Assembly (NCBI GenBank): GCA_965237675.1
Contig: OZ250150.1
Coordinates: 5,184,001-5,248,000, forward strand
Length of the DNA stretch: 64,000 bases
Direction of reading: 5' to 3'
DNA from: Candidatus Latescibacterota bacterium
GTDB lineage: Bacteria; Latescibacterota; UBA2968; GCA-2709665
Positions 55,816 to 64,000 of this stretch are shown here, one piece after another; position 1 is the first letter of the stretch, and each line of letters starts with the position of its first letter. The translations under genes and the position numbers were made by a program. The notes beneath the pieces were generated by a model. The model did no database searches, had not been told where the DNA came from, and was given only the letters and a program-made list of their open reading frames with translations.

Positions 55816-57894
55816 ATGAAAAAGCCACGATTTACAAATCGGTTGCTACACGAAACGAGCCCCTATCTGTTGCAACATGCGCACAACCCTGTGGACTGGT
55901 ATCCGTGGGGCGACGAAGCCTTTGATCTGGCGAGAGAATCGGATCGTCCCATTTTCCTGAGCGTCGGTTATTCGGCCTGCCACTGGTGCCATGTAATGGA
56001 AAGGGAGTCGTTCGAGAATGAGACCATTGCAGACGTGATGAATCGGTTCTTCATAAACGTTAAGGTTGACCGCGAAGAACGGCCCGATGTGGATGAAATC
56101 TATATGAATGCGGTTCAGATTATGACAGGCGCCGGCGGGTGGCCGATGAGCGTGTTTCTGACACCCGAAGGAACGCCGTTCTACGGCGGCACCTATTTCC
56201 CACCCGACAGCAGATATGGTCGACCGGGATTTCCCGACCTGCTGCGTTCCGTGGCCAGGCATTACCGCGAAAACAGGAACAAAGTAGGAGAGGCGGCCGA
56301 TCGGCTGATGGCAGGATTGAAACGGCTGTCCGAATTGCGAAACCTGGATGGAGAATTGACCGGGGCGCTGTTTTCCAACGGGTTTGCGCAGATTGCTCGC
56401 AATTTTGATGCGGAAAATGGAGGATTCGGATCGCAGCCGAAGTTTCCAAGCAGCATGAATCTATCGGTTTTTCTGCGAGAATTCGAGAAAACCGGAAATC
56501 GCAATGCACTGGATATGATACTGCTGACGCTGCGGAAGATGGCACACGGCGGGATATACGATCACCTGGGAGGCGGGTTTCATCGGTACTCGGTTGACCA
56601 TCGCTGGCTGGTCCCGCACTTCGAGAAGATGCTTTACGATAACGCCCTGTTGACAGGGGTCTATCTGGACGCTTTTCAACTTACCGGAGAACCACTGCTC
56701 CAACAGGTTGTACAGGAAACGCTGGGCTACGTGATGCGTGAGATGACCGATCCGCAGGGCGGGTTCTATTCTACTCAGGACGCGGACAGCGAAGGGAAGG
56801 AGGGGAAATTTTTCGTCTGGGATCAGGAGGAGGTGTACGCATTGTTGGGTGAAGAGGACGGGCCGCTGTTTTGCCGGCAATACGATGTGAGGCCGGAGGG
56901 CAATTTTGAACACGGCAAGAGTATTTTGAATATACCGGTGGCGGCACCGGAATTAGCCCGGTTCCTTGATGTGGATCTGACGGCGCTGCAAGCCGCGACT
57001 CGGCGCGGACGGGAGGTGTTGGCGGGCGTTCGGAACGGCAGGATCAAGCCGGATCGGGATGAGAAAATCCAGGTAAACTGGAACGGTCTCATGATCTCGG
57101 CATTTGCGCGTGCTTATCAGGTTCTCGGAAGATCCCGGTATCTGGAAACGGCGCAAAACGCGGCCGGGTTCATACTTCAACATATGCTGACGGAATCGGG
57201 GCGTCTGCTGCATGCGTACAAGGACGGACGAGCCCGTTTCGTAGGATACCACGACGATTACGCCTTTTTCTGCTGCGGTCTGCTCGACCTTTACGAGACC
57301 TCCTTCGATCCGGCCTGGCTGGATGCGGCGGAGACTCTCATGGAGACGATGCTCGACGAGTTCTGGGATCCTGAAGAGGGTGGTTTCTTTTTTACCGGTA
57401 AGTCGAACGAGGAACTGATCGTCCGTTCCAAGAATCCCTACGACAACGCGATCCCGTCCGGAAATTCGATGGCCGTGATGCTTTTAATGCGCCTGGGTAC
57501 GATTCTGGATCGGCCGGATCTGTGGAAGAAGGCGGAGCAAACGCTGAAGCTGTTCGAACCGATGCTCCGCGAGATGCCGTCCGGTTTCGGTCAGATGCTC
57601 TGCGGACTTGATTTCTTCTCCCGGCGTCCGGTGGAGGTCGTATTGGTCGGCGAACCGGACGACGCAGCCACGAAAACTCTTCTGAAGGCGGCAAATAGGC
57701 GCCTGCTTCCCAATCGGGTGATTGTGCTTGCGGATCCAGAGAAGACGGGGGATTTGTCACGGCGTATTCCACTTCTTTCCGGCAAGACGGCTGTGGATGG
57801 CAAACCCACCGCTTACGTATGCAGAGATTCCGTCTGTTCCGCACCGATAACGTCCGTTTCCCAACTGGATGCATTGTTGCAGGATTCGTCGTGA
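55816..57894 (+). CDS. Thioredoxin domain-containing protein YyaL/SSP411 family
   Basis: [50 protein letters not shown]. Confidence 0.94.
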   Translation: MKKPRFTNRLLHETSPYLLQHAHNPVDWYPWGDEAFDLARESDRPIFLSVGYSACHWCHVMERESFENETIADVMNRFFINVKVDREERPDVDEIYMNAVQIMTGAGGWPMSVFLTPEGTPFYGGTYFPPDSRYGRPGFPDLLRSVARHYRENRNKVGEAADRLMAGLKRLSELRNLDGELTGALFSNGFAQIARNFDAENGGFGSQPKFPSSMNLSVFLREFEKTGNRNALDMILLTLRKMAHGGIYDHLGGGFHRYSVDHRWLVPHFEKMLYDNALLTGVYLDAFQLTGEPLLQQVVQETLGYVMREMTDPQGGFYSTQDADSEGKEGKFFVWDQEEVYALLGEEDGPLFCRQYDVRPEGNFEHGKSILNIPVAAPELARFLDVDLTALQAATRRGREVLAGVRNGRIKPDRDEKIQVNWNGLMISAFARAYQVLGRSRYLETAQNAAGFILQHMLTESGRLLHAYKDGRARFVGYHDDYAFFCCGLLDLYETSFDPAWLDAAETLMETMLDEFWDPEEGGFFFTGKSNEELIVRSKNPYDNAIPSGNSMAVMLLMRLGTILDRPDLWKKAEQTLKLFEPMLREMPSGFGQMLCGLDFFSRRPVEVVLVGEPDDAATKTLLKAANRRLLPNRVIVLADPEKTGDLSRRIPLLSGKTAVDGKPTAYVCRDSVCSAPITSVSQLDALLQDSS

Positions 57895-57955
57895 GTAACC
57901 GGAGGGTGTCAACTGCGGAGCAACCTAAACCTTAAAGCCCCGACAGGAGGATGTG

Positions 57956-58501
57956 ATGGCATCGGTATTGGTGGTAGGAGATGGGCCAGGTGGCCTGAGC
58001 GCGGCCCTGTTTCTGGCCAAAAACGGGATGGAAGTGACGGTATTCGGGCAGGATGCAACGCCCATGCATAAGGCCATGCTTTACAATTACCTGGGGATTC
58101 CCGAGTTGGCCGGAAGCGATTTCCAGCGAATCTCCCGGGATCAGGTGAAGGCCCGGGGAGCACGCATCGAGGATGTGCAGGTGGCCGCTGTCGAAAAGAC
58201 CCACAACGGATTTACGGTGACCACGGAGGACGGCGCCACCCACGAAGGGAATTATCTGATCCTGGCCGCGGGAACCAATGTGAAACTGGGCGTTAATATC
58301 GGGCTGGAGAGAGGCCCGGACGGGTTGGTATGCGACCGGGATGGGCGCACGGCCGTTGAAGGGTTATATGTAGTGGGTTGGAGTACGCGCCTTCGCAAGA
58401 CCCAGGCTATAATTTCCGCCGGTCAGGGAGCGTCCACAGCGCTCGATATTCTCTCCACCGAGGCAGGAGAGGATGTACACGACTTCGATGTCGTGTCGTG
58501 A
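57956..58501 (+). CDS. Short FAD/NAD(P)-dependent oxidoreductase (TrxB-like FAD domain)
   Basis: VVGDGPGGLSAA, NYLG, ILAAG, QAIISAGQG, VHDFD. Confidence 0.85.
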   Translation: MASVLVVGDGPGGLSAALFLAKNGMEVTVFGQDATPMHKAMLYNYLGIPELAGSDFQRISRDQVKARGARIEDVQVAAVEKTHNGFTVTTEDGATHEGNYLILAAGTNVKLGVNIGLERGPDGLVCDRDGRTAVEGLYVVGWSTRLRKTQAIISAGQGASTALDILSTEAGEDVHDFDVVS

Positions 58502-58611
58502 TACCCCCGGGAAAAGACAATTGCTTGTTATTGACGCATTGAAAGTGTGGGGTCGAATTGGCTGGAGGTTGAAATGTACCGGCGTGAAGCTGGACATTCT
58601 ACCACCGTCGA

Positions 58612-59181
58612 TCAGAAGAATCTGGGCGTCTTGCGGGGCGCTGCCGGTCTTGGAGGCGCCTCCTCTTCTGGAATGCCGTGGCTTTCAAGAATGTCCCGTA
58701 CCACAAGAACTGGAAGCCCCATTCGGACGGCCAACGCCATTGAATCACTTGGACGAGCGTCCACTTTGAAGGTTGTTCCATTGGGATTTTGCAGGGTTAG
58801 AACCGCAAAATACGTACTCCTCAGCACCCCATCTTCCAGTGGGCGGAGTTCGTCTATCACGATGGATTGAAGACGAAGCCCAGCCTCCTCCATGACATTG
58901 TGGAACAGATCGTGCGTGAACGGACGGGGAAACGTCTCGTTGTGCAGTTTGCGCCAGATCGCCATCGCTTCACAGGGACCGATCCAGATGGGCAGAAGTC
59001 GTCTCGTCTGGCTGTGTCGCAGAAAAACGATATATTGATCTTCCGAATCCCGCCCGACCTGATGAACCTCGGTTTTCACCAGATCCTTCCCCGCGGCATA
59101 GACCGGCGACGTGAGGGCCCGGCTCAGACACAGCCATAGGGCGCAGACAAAAAACACTGTACAACGACATCTATCGTACAT
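58612..59181 (-). CDS. Bifunctional nuclease (DUF151) domain protein
   Basis: LPIWIG..EA.AI, RPFTHDL, DARPSDSMALA. Confidence 0.9.
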   Translation of the reverse strand: MYDRCRCTVFFVCALWLCLSRALTSPVYAAGKDLVKTEVHQVGRDSEDQYIVFLRHSQTRRLLPIWIGPCEAMAIWRKLHNETFPRPFTHDLFHNVMEEAGLRLQSIVIDELRPLEDGVLRSTYFAVLTLQNPNGTTFKVDARPSDSMALAVRMGLPVLVVRDILESHGIPEEEAPPRPAAPRKTPRFF

Positions 59182-59307
59182 CTTGGTCCCTTTCAGTGCG
59201 TGTTAGGCGGGCGCTGACCGACACAAGATCGGGTGTATTCCGAAATATACGCCGGCGCCTTTCCGTGAGCAATCCGAATTTTCGGAAACGACACCGCGGT
59301 TTGCCGG

Positions 59308-59336
59308 TTGACAAGCTCCGCTGAATGTGCTACATT
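59308..59336 (+). promoter_or_regulatory. Sigma70-type promoter of the yicC-gmk operon
   Basis: TTGACA-N17-TACATT. Confidence 0.6.
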
Positions 59337-59387
59337 TATAAGTTTCGGAATTTTAACCCTTCGTGCGGCGTAAAGACGGGAGAATGC

Positions 59388-60266
59388 ATGGTTGTCAGCA
59401 TGACGGGTTTTGGACGGGGAGAGGCGGAAACGGACGGCTATCGCGCAACGGTGGAGGTGAAGTCGGTCAATGGGCGTTACGGGGAGGTTTCCGTCCATCT
59501 ACCAGGGCCGCTATCGGCCCTGGAACCCAAAATCAAGAACCTCGTGCTTTCTGTTTTCTCCCGGGGCCACATCCGCGTCTCGCTGAACCTGAGCGGTGAA
59601 GCGGTTGAACAGGGCATTCCGGTTCTGAACGAGCGGGTCGTCGAGGGGTATCGGAACGGGCTTGCGCGGCTTCAACTGCATCTGGGGCTTTCGGAATCAC
59701 CCGATCCCATGCAGGTGGCGCTGATGCCCAATGTTTTCGAATTCGAATCCAGGGCGCCGGATGTGGAAGCCGTCTGGAAGGTCGTCAAGCCTGCCTGTGA
59801 ACAGGCCGTGGCCCAGTGCCAGTCGATGCGATCCAGAGAGGGCGGAAGGCTGGCTGCGGATTTCGTCCAGCGCGTTCATCACCTTGAGGAACTGATCGGA
59901 CAGATCCAGAAGTTGGCGCCCACCCACGTCGCGTACGCGCATGCGAAGCTCAGCGAGAAACTCCGGGGCCTGATCGCCCAAGAACAGGTCGACCAGAACC
60001 GCCTTCTCACGGAAATTGCCCTGCTCGCGGAACGAACCGACATTACCGAGGAAACGGTCCGCTTCCACAGCCACAACACAGCGTTCCTTAAGACACTCGA
60101 TCGAGGCGAGCCAACAGGCCGGCGTCTGAATTTTCTGCTCCAGGAGATGCTCCGGGAAGCGAATACAATCGGGTCCAAAGCCGGCGACGTGGAGATTGCG
60201 CATCTGGTGGTCGAGATCAAGGAAGAGATCGAGAAGCTCAGAGAGCAGGTGCAGAACATAGAATAA
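59388..60266 (+). CDS. yicC: YicC/YloC family endoribonuclease
   Basis: SMTGFG, SVNGRY, DITEE..R..SH, GRRLNFLLQEM.REANTIGSK, REQVQNIE. Confidence 0.94.
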   Translation: MVVSMTGFGRGEAETDGYRATVEVKSVNGRYGEVSVHLPGPLSALEPKIKNLVLSVFSRGHIRVSLNLSGEAVEQGIPVLNERVVEGYRNGLARLQLHLGLSESPDPMQVALMPNVFEFESRAPDVEAVWKVVKPACEQAVAQCQSMRSREGGRLAADFVQRVHHLEELIGQIQKLAPTHVAYAHAKLSEKLRGLIAQEQVDQNRLLTEIALLAERTDITEETVRFHSHNTAFLKTLDRGEPTGRRLNFLLQEMLREANTIGSKAGDVEIAHLVVEIKEEIEKLREQVQNIE

Positions 60267-60286
60267 CATTCTGATCGGTTCCACAG

Positions 60287-60952
60287 ATGGAAAGATCGTT
60301 CGGAATTGAGACCATTCGAAGGCAACTCGATCGCGATCCCGCGTCGTTCGCCGTGGTGCTGTCCGGTCCCGCGGGGGCAGGCAAAACATCAATCAGCCAG
60401 GGACTTCTGGCAAGTGACAACACCCTGCGGCGATGCGTGACCACCACCACCCGCGCGAAGCGACACGACGAGACGGACGGAGTGGACTACCATTTCGTTT
60501 CGGAGGAGGAGTTTCGATCGAAGTTGAAGCAGGGATGGTTTTTTGAATCGGCGGAAGTTTATGGCTTTCTTTATGGCGCTACGTTCGAGGCAATTGCGCG
60601 TGCCCTTGGGAACGGCGGGGTGTTGTTGCTGGTGGTAGACGTACAGGGTACGGCGGCGTGGAAGCGCAAACTCAGGGAACGGTGCGTGAGCGTATTCGTA
60701 CTGCCGCCATCCGTTAAGATGCTTGAACATCGCCTGGGAGGGCGTCAGACCGAAGCGGCTAATGCGTTGACACGCAGGTTGGAGGATGCACGGAGCGAAC
60801 TTGCGAAAGCCGTGGAGTTTGACTATCTCATCGTCAATTCAGATTTGGACCACGCCATCGCCGACGTTCAGGAACTGATTCGTGTCGAGCGGCGCAGGCC
60901 GTGGAGACAGCCCGATCTTCTCGTTGAATTTGGGCGCGGGGATGCCCCGTAA
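60287..60952 (+). CDS. gmk: Guanylate kinase
   Basis: SGPAGAGKT, TTR..R..E.DGVDYHF, DVQG, PPS. Confidence 0.94.
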   Translation: MERSFGIETIRRQLDRDPASFAVVLSGPAGAGKTSISQGLLASDNTLRRCVTTTTRAKRHDETDGVDYHFVSEEEFRSKLKQGWFFESAEVYGFLYGATFEAIARALGNGGVLLLVVDVQGTAAWKRKLRERCVSVFVLPPSVKMLEHRLGGRQTEAANALTRRLEDARSELAKAVEFDYLIVNSDLDHAIADVQELIRVERRRPWRQPDLLVEFGRGDAP

Positions 60953-61057
60953 AACGCCATTGCATTGGGCAGTCAGATCGTCTTGAGCAGGTGAACGTAC
61001 ACGAATTCGACGCCGACCACAAACAGCGCACGCCGAAAAAAGGAGGTCAATACACAT

Positions 61058-61318
61058 ATGCCCCGGATTTTCTTTCTGGAAGAGATCAGCAACGACGAAG
61101 TGAATCCATACGAGGCCGTCAACGCCGCATCGAGAGAGTCCCGCCGGATTAACCAGGCGCGGATGGCGAGAGACGTTTCAGGAGAGGCGGAAAAGCCCAC
61201 GACGCTGTCGCTTGATCGTCTGTCGACGGGCAAAGTACGGGTTTCGTACGAGGCCGATGAGGAAACGGAAGCAAAGGATGCCAATGGCAGGAAAAATGAG
61301 GGTCCTTCTGGGAATTAG
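61058..61318 (+). CDS. rpoZ: RNA polymerase omega subunit
   Basis: NPYEAV...SRESRRIN, EKPTT; lies between gmk and coaBC. Confidence 0.8.
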   Translation: MPRIFFLEEISNDEVNPYEAVNAASRESRRINQARMARDVSGEAEKPTTLSLDRLSTGKVRVSYEADEETEAKDANGRKNEGPSGN

Positions 61319-62477
61319 CGGCGGGATTGCCGCCTACAAGGGCGTCGAAGTGCTTCGCGGTCTGCAGCGTGAGGGCGCCGAAGTGCGGGTGATGATGACC
61401 GCCGCCGCACAGCGCTTCATACGTCCGTTGACGTTTGAAGCGCTCTCCGGCCACCGTGTATACACCCACCTTTTCCCCGAGACGGGTGATCCGGAGGTGA
61501 TCCACGTCACGTTGGGCGAATGGCCCGACCGGATTCTCATTGCTCCGGCGACGGCCAACGTGATTGGCAAGATGGCCAACGGCCTGGCGGACGATCTGCT
61601 TACGTGCACGGTGCTTTCCAGTGAGGCATCCGTGATGCTGGCGCCGGCAATGGAAACGGCAATGTACCGACATCCCGCGTTATACCGCAATCTTCGGCGA
61701 CTTGCCGATATGGGGTATCGCCTGATTGGCCCGGAAGAGGGAGCGCTTGCATCGGGCCGTAGCGGAATGGGGCGGCTTGCGGATCCGGAACGAATCGTTT
61801 CGGAGGTCGTATCCACGGCGGCGAAATCCGGAGATCTTTCGGGCAGAAGGATTGTGGTGACGGGTGGACGGACCGAAGAAGATATCGACCCGGTTCGCTT
61901 TATCACAAATCGATCCACGGGTAAGATGGGTTACGCGGTGGCGCGCCGTGCCCGGCAGCGGGGTGCGGAGGTGGTACTGGTGAGTGGTCCGGGCGTTCTG
62001 GATCCGCCCGTGGGAGTAGACCTGATTCAAGTAAGAACGGTGTCTGAAATGCGCGCAGCGACCGAATCGGCATTTGAACTGGCGGATGCGCTGGTGATGA
62101 CGGCGGCCGTGTTGGACTTCAGACCGCGCGTTGTCTCTGAGAGAAAAATCAAGAAAAGAGCCAAAGGGCTGACTTTGGATCTGGTCTCAAACCACGATTT
62201 CTTGGCGGAATTGGGAGCACGAAAGAGAGATCGGGTTGTGGTCGGATTTGCGATGGAAACGGAAAATGGTCTGTCTAACGCACGAAAGAAACTGGAAGAG
62301 AAACACCTGGACCTGATTGCCTTGAACGATTTGAATGTGGCGGGCGCCGGATTCGGTGTCGACACCAATGTGGTCACGCTGATCGACGCGGACGGTGAGG
62401 TTGAACCATTGCCAAAAATGTCCAAGCTCGAGGTTGCAGACCGAATTCTAAATTGGGTAAAAAATCGGTGGACGTAA
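61284..62477 (+). CDS. coaBC: Phosphopantothenoylcysteine decarboxylase/synthetase
   Basis: GGIAAYK, APATAN, PAM, G.GRL, IDPVRFITNRSTGKMG, VGFA.ET. Start is 61278 or 61284. Confidence 0.95.
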   Translation: MAGKMRVLLGISGGIAAYKGVEVLRGLQREGAEVRVMMTAAAQRFIRPLTFEALSGHRVYTHLFPETGDPEVIHVTLGEWPDRILIAPATANVIGKMANGLADDLLTCTVLSSEASVMLAPAMETAMYRHPALYRNLRRLADMGYRLIGPEEGALASGRSGMGRLADPERIVSEVVSTAAKSGDLSGRRIVVTGGRTEEDIDPVRFITNRSTGKMGYAVARRARQRGAEVVLVSGPGVLDPPVGVDLIQVRTVSEMRAATESAFELADALVMTAAVLDFRPRVVSERKIKKRAKGLTLDLVSNHDFLAELGARKRDRVVVGFAMETENGLSNARKKLEEKHLDLIALNDLNVAGAGFGVDTNVVTLIDADGEVEPLPKMSKLEVADRILNWVKNRWT

Positions 62478-63133
62478 ATGTCGAGGCGAAAGAGACGCTG
62501 GAAGCGGTGCGGACATTCGTTCAGACCCAGGCCGAATTTGGGCTGACCGAGTTTAAATTGACGGGCACGGACACAGGCGCACGGCTTGCCGATTTTGAGG
62601 CGTCCATACGCGACTGCCGCAAGTGCGGGCTTTCGGAGGGACGGCACACCGTTGTCTTTGGCAGTGGCAACCCGAATGCAGACCTGATGTTTATCGGGGA
62701 GGCTCCCGGCGCGGATGAAGACAGGAAGGGGCTGCCTTTTGTGGGGTCTGCGGGGGCGTTGCTGACGCGCATGATCGAGGCAATCGGCTTTCAGCGCGAC
62801 GAGGTCTATATCGCCAATGTGATTAAATGCAGGCCGCCGGGAAACCGAGACCCCCAGCGGGAAGAAGTGGATACCTGCAAGCCCTATCTGGAACGGCAGA
62901 TTGAGCATATACAGCCGGTTATAATCTGCGCGTTGGGTCTATTCGCCGCGCAGACGCTGTTGGATACGGATGAAACGATGGGCAGGCTGAGGGGGAGGCT
63001 CTTTTCCTACCGCGGTATTCATCTGATACCCACCTATCATCCTGCCGCACTCCTACGAAACCAGCAATGGAAGCGCCCCGCCTGGCAGGATTTGCAGCTT
63101 CTGAGACGAGTGTATGACGGCGCGGCCGGTTAG
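62468..63133 (+). CDS. Uracil-DNA glycosylase family 4
   Basis: Cxx[28 protein letters not shown]. Start uncertain. Confidence 0.93.
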   Translation: MDVNVEAKETLEAVRTFVQTQAEFGLTEFKLTGTDTGARLADFEASIRDCRKCGLSEGRHTVVFGSGNPNADLMFIGEAPGADEDRKGLPFVGSAGALLTRMIEAIGFQRDEVYIANVIKCRPPGNRDPQREEVDTCKPYLERQIEHIQPVIICALGLFAAQTLLDTDETMGRLRGRLFSYRGIHLIPTYHPAALLRNQQWKRPAWQDLQLLRRVYDGAAG

Positions 63134-63193
63134 GGACACCCGGGTGTCCTGGTACCCGGGGTCGGAACCAGACCCCTCTTGGATTGTGATCCC

Positions 63194-64000
63194 ATGGCTT
63201 CTCAACCTAGAAGCGCACAGACATCCGCAGATCGTCCTCAGCCCCAGGCGCTGGAGGTTGAACGGGCAGTGCTGGGTGCCATGTTTATTGACAACGCGGC
63301 CATCAGTCGTGTGATTGAGGTCCTGGGTGATGAGACGGCGTTTTACCATACGGCAAACCGCAAGGTCTACGCGGCCGTACTCTCACTATTCGAGCGGGGA
63401 CTGCCGGTGGATGAGGTGACGGTTGTGGAGGAGTTGAAACGCCGCGGGCAATTTGAAGATGTGGGCGGGTACGCCTTTGTTGCAGGCCTGGGTGGCGAAA
63501 TGGCGACCAGCGCAAACGCGGAATACCATGCCAAAATCGTGCTCGAACGCGCTCAGCGCCGCAGGTTAATCGACGCTTCCACACAGACGATGACCGAGTG
63601 CTTCGACGACGCGGAAGATGTTCGAGAGGTGATCGACCGTGCGGAGCAACGGGTATTCCGGATCGCCGAGGGCGAACTCGGACAGGGTGTCGTCTCGCTT
63701 GAGTCCAAACTGCACGAGACACTTGAGCTGATTGAAAAGGCCCAAAAGCAGGGCGGCGCGCTGTCGGGCGTTACCACCGGATATCCTGATCTCGATGAAA
63801 TAACCGCCGGGATGCAGCCGTCGGACTTTATTGTAATTGCCTCCCGTCCGGCGATGGGAAAGACCGCGCTGACGCTGTGCATGGCGCGCAACGCCGCCGT
63901 AAAGGGCAAAACGCCGGTACTCTATTTCTCTCTGGAAATGAGTATGCAGCAGTTAGCGCAACGGTTGCTTTGTGCCGAAGCCCGTGTGTCTTCGCACCGA
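63194..64000 (+). CDS. dnaB: Replicative DNA helicase (5' part; runs off the window)
   Basis: Manual translation MASQPR...PQALEVERAVLGAM...GVTTGYPDLDEITAGMQPSDFIVIASRPAMGKT...FSLEM. Confidence 0.95.
   Translation, partial: MASQPRSAQTSADRPQPQALEVERAVLGAMFIDNAAISRVIEVLGDETAFYHTANRKVYAAVLSLFERGLPVDEVTVVEELKRRGQFEDVGGYAFVAGLGGEMATSANAEYHAKIVLERAQRRRLIDASTQTMTECFDDAEDVREVIDRAEQRVFRIAEGELGQGVVSLESKLHETLELIEKAQKQGGALSGVTTGYPDLDEITAGMQPSDFIVIASRPAMGKTALTLCMARNAAVKGKTPVLYFSLEMSMQQLAQRLLCAEARVSSHR

Noticed and set aside
61278-61318. rpoZ/coaBC overlap as possible recoding
   Set aside because: A short overlap of adjacent housekeeping genes; no slippery site is needed to explain it.

Overview
A GC-rich (~60% by eye) bacterial chromosome segment. 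Gene content suggests the FCB superphylum, most likely Candidatus Latescibacterota (two GWxTD-like proteins, two PorV-family barrels, a T9SS-CTD-like protein, a dockerin-like repeat, and yicC-gmk-rpoZ-coaBC-udg-dnaB synteny); this is inference only. About 48 intact CDS. Left third (1-22.6 kb): accessory catabolic genes (Gfo/Idh/MocA, Zn-ADH, CocE hydrolase, sulfatase, GGT, two aminotransferases, a DUF6785-like transporter), gene remnants, a DUF4160/DUF2442 pair, REP elements and a 160-bp MITE. Middle: an OMP-TonB receptor-CTD protein-PorV operon, sucD, rpiA, a peptidase-PD40-Omp85 fusion, era, and a lipoprotein plus active and dead L,D-transpeptidase cluster. Right: a ~1600-aa fusion of a degenerate M28 domain with a MacB/FtsX permease followed by an OPT-like transporter, then housekeeping genes ending in a truncated dnaB. 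I found no tRNA, rRNA, CRISPR array, transposase or prophage. Best candidates for undescribed systems: (i) pseudo-M28-FtsX plus OPT-like membrane module, (ii) TonB receptor/CTD cargo/dedicated PorV operon with an attenuator-like leader, (iii) lipoprotein plus LDT plus pseudo-LDT envelope-tether cluster. All family assignments come from motif recognition by eye, not database searches.
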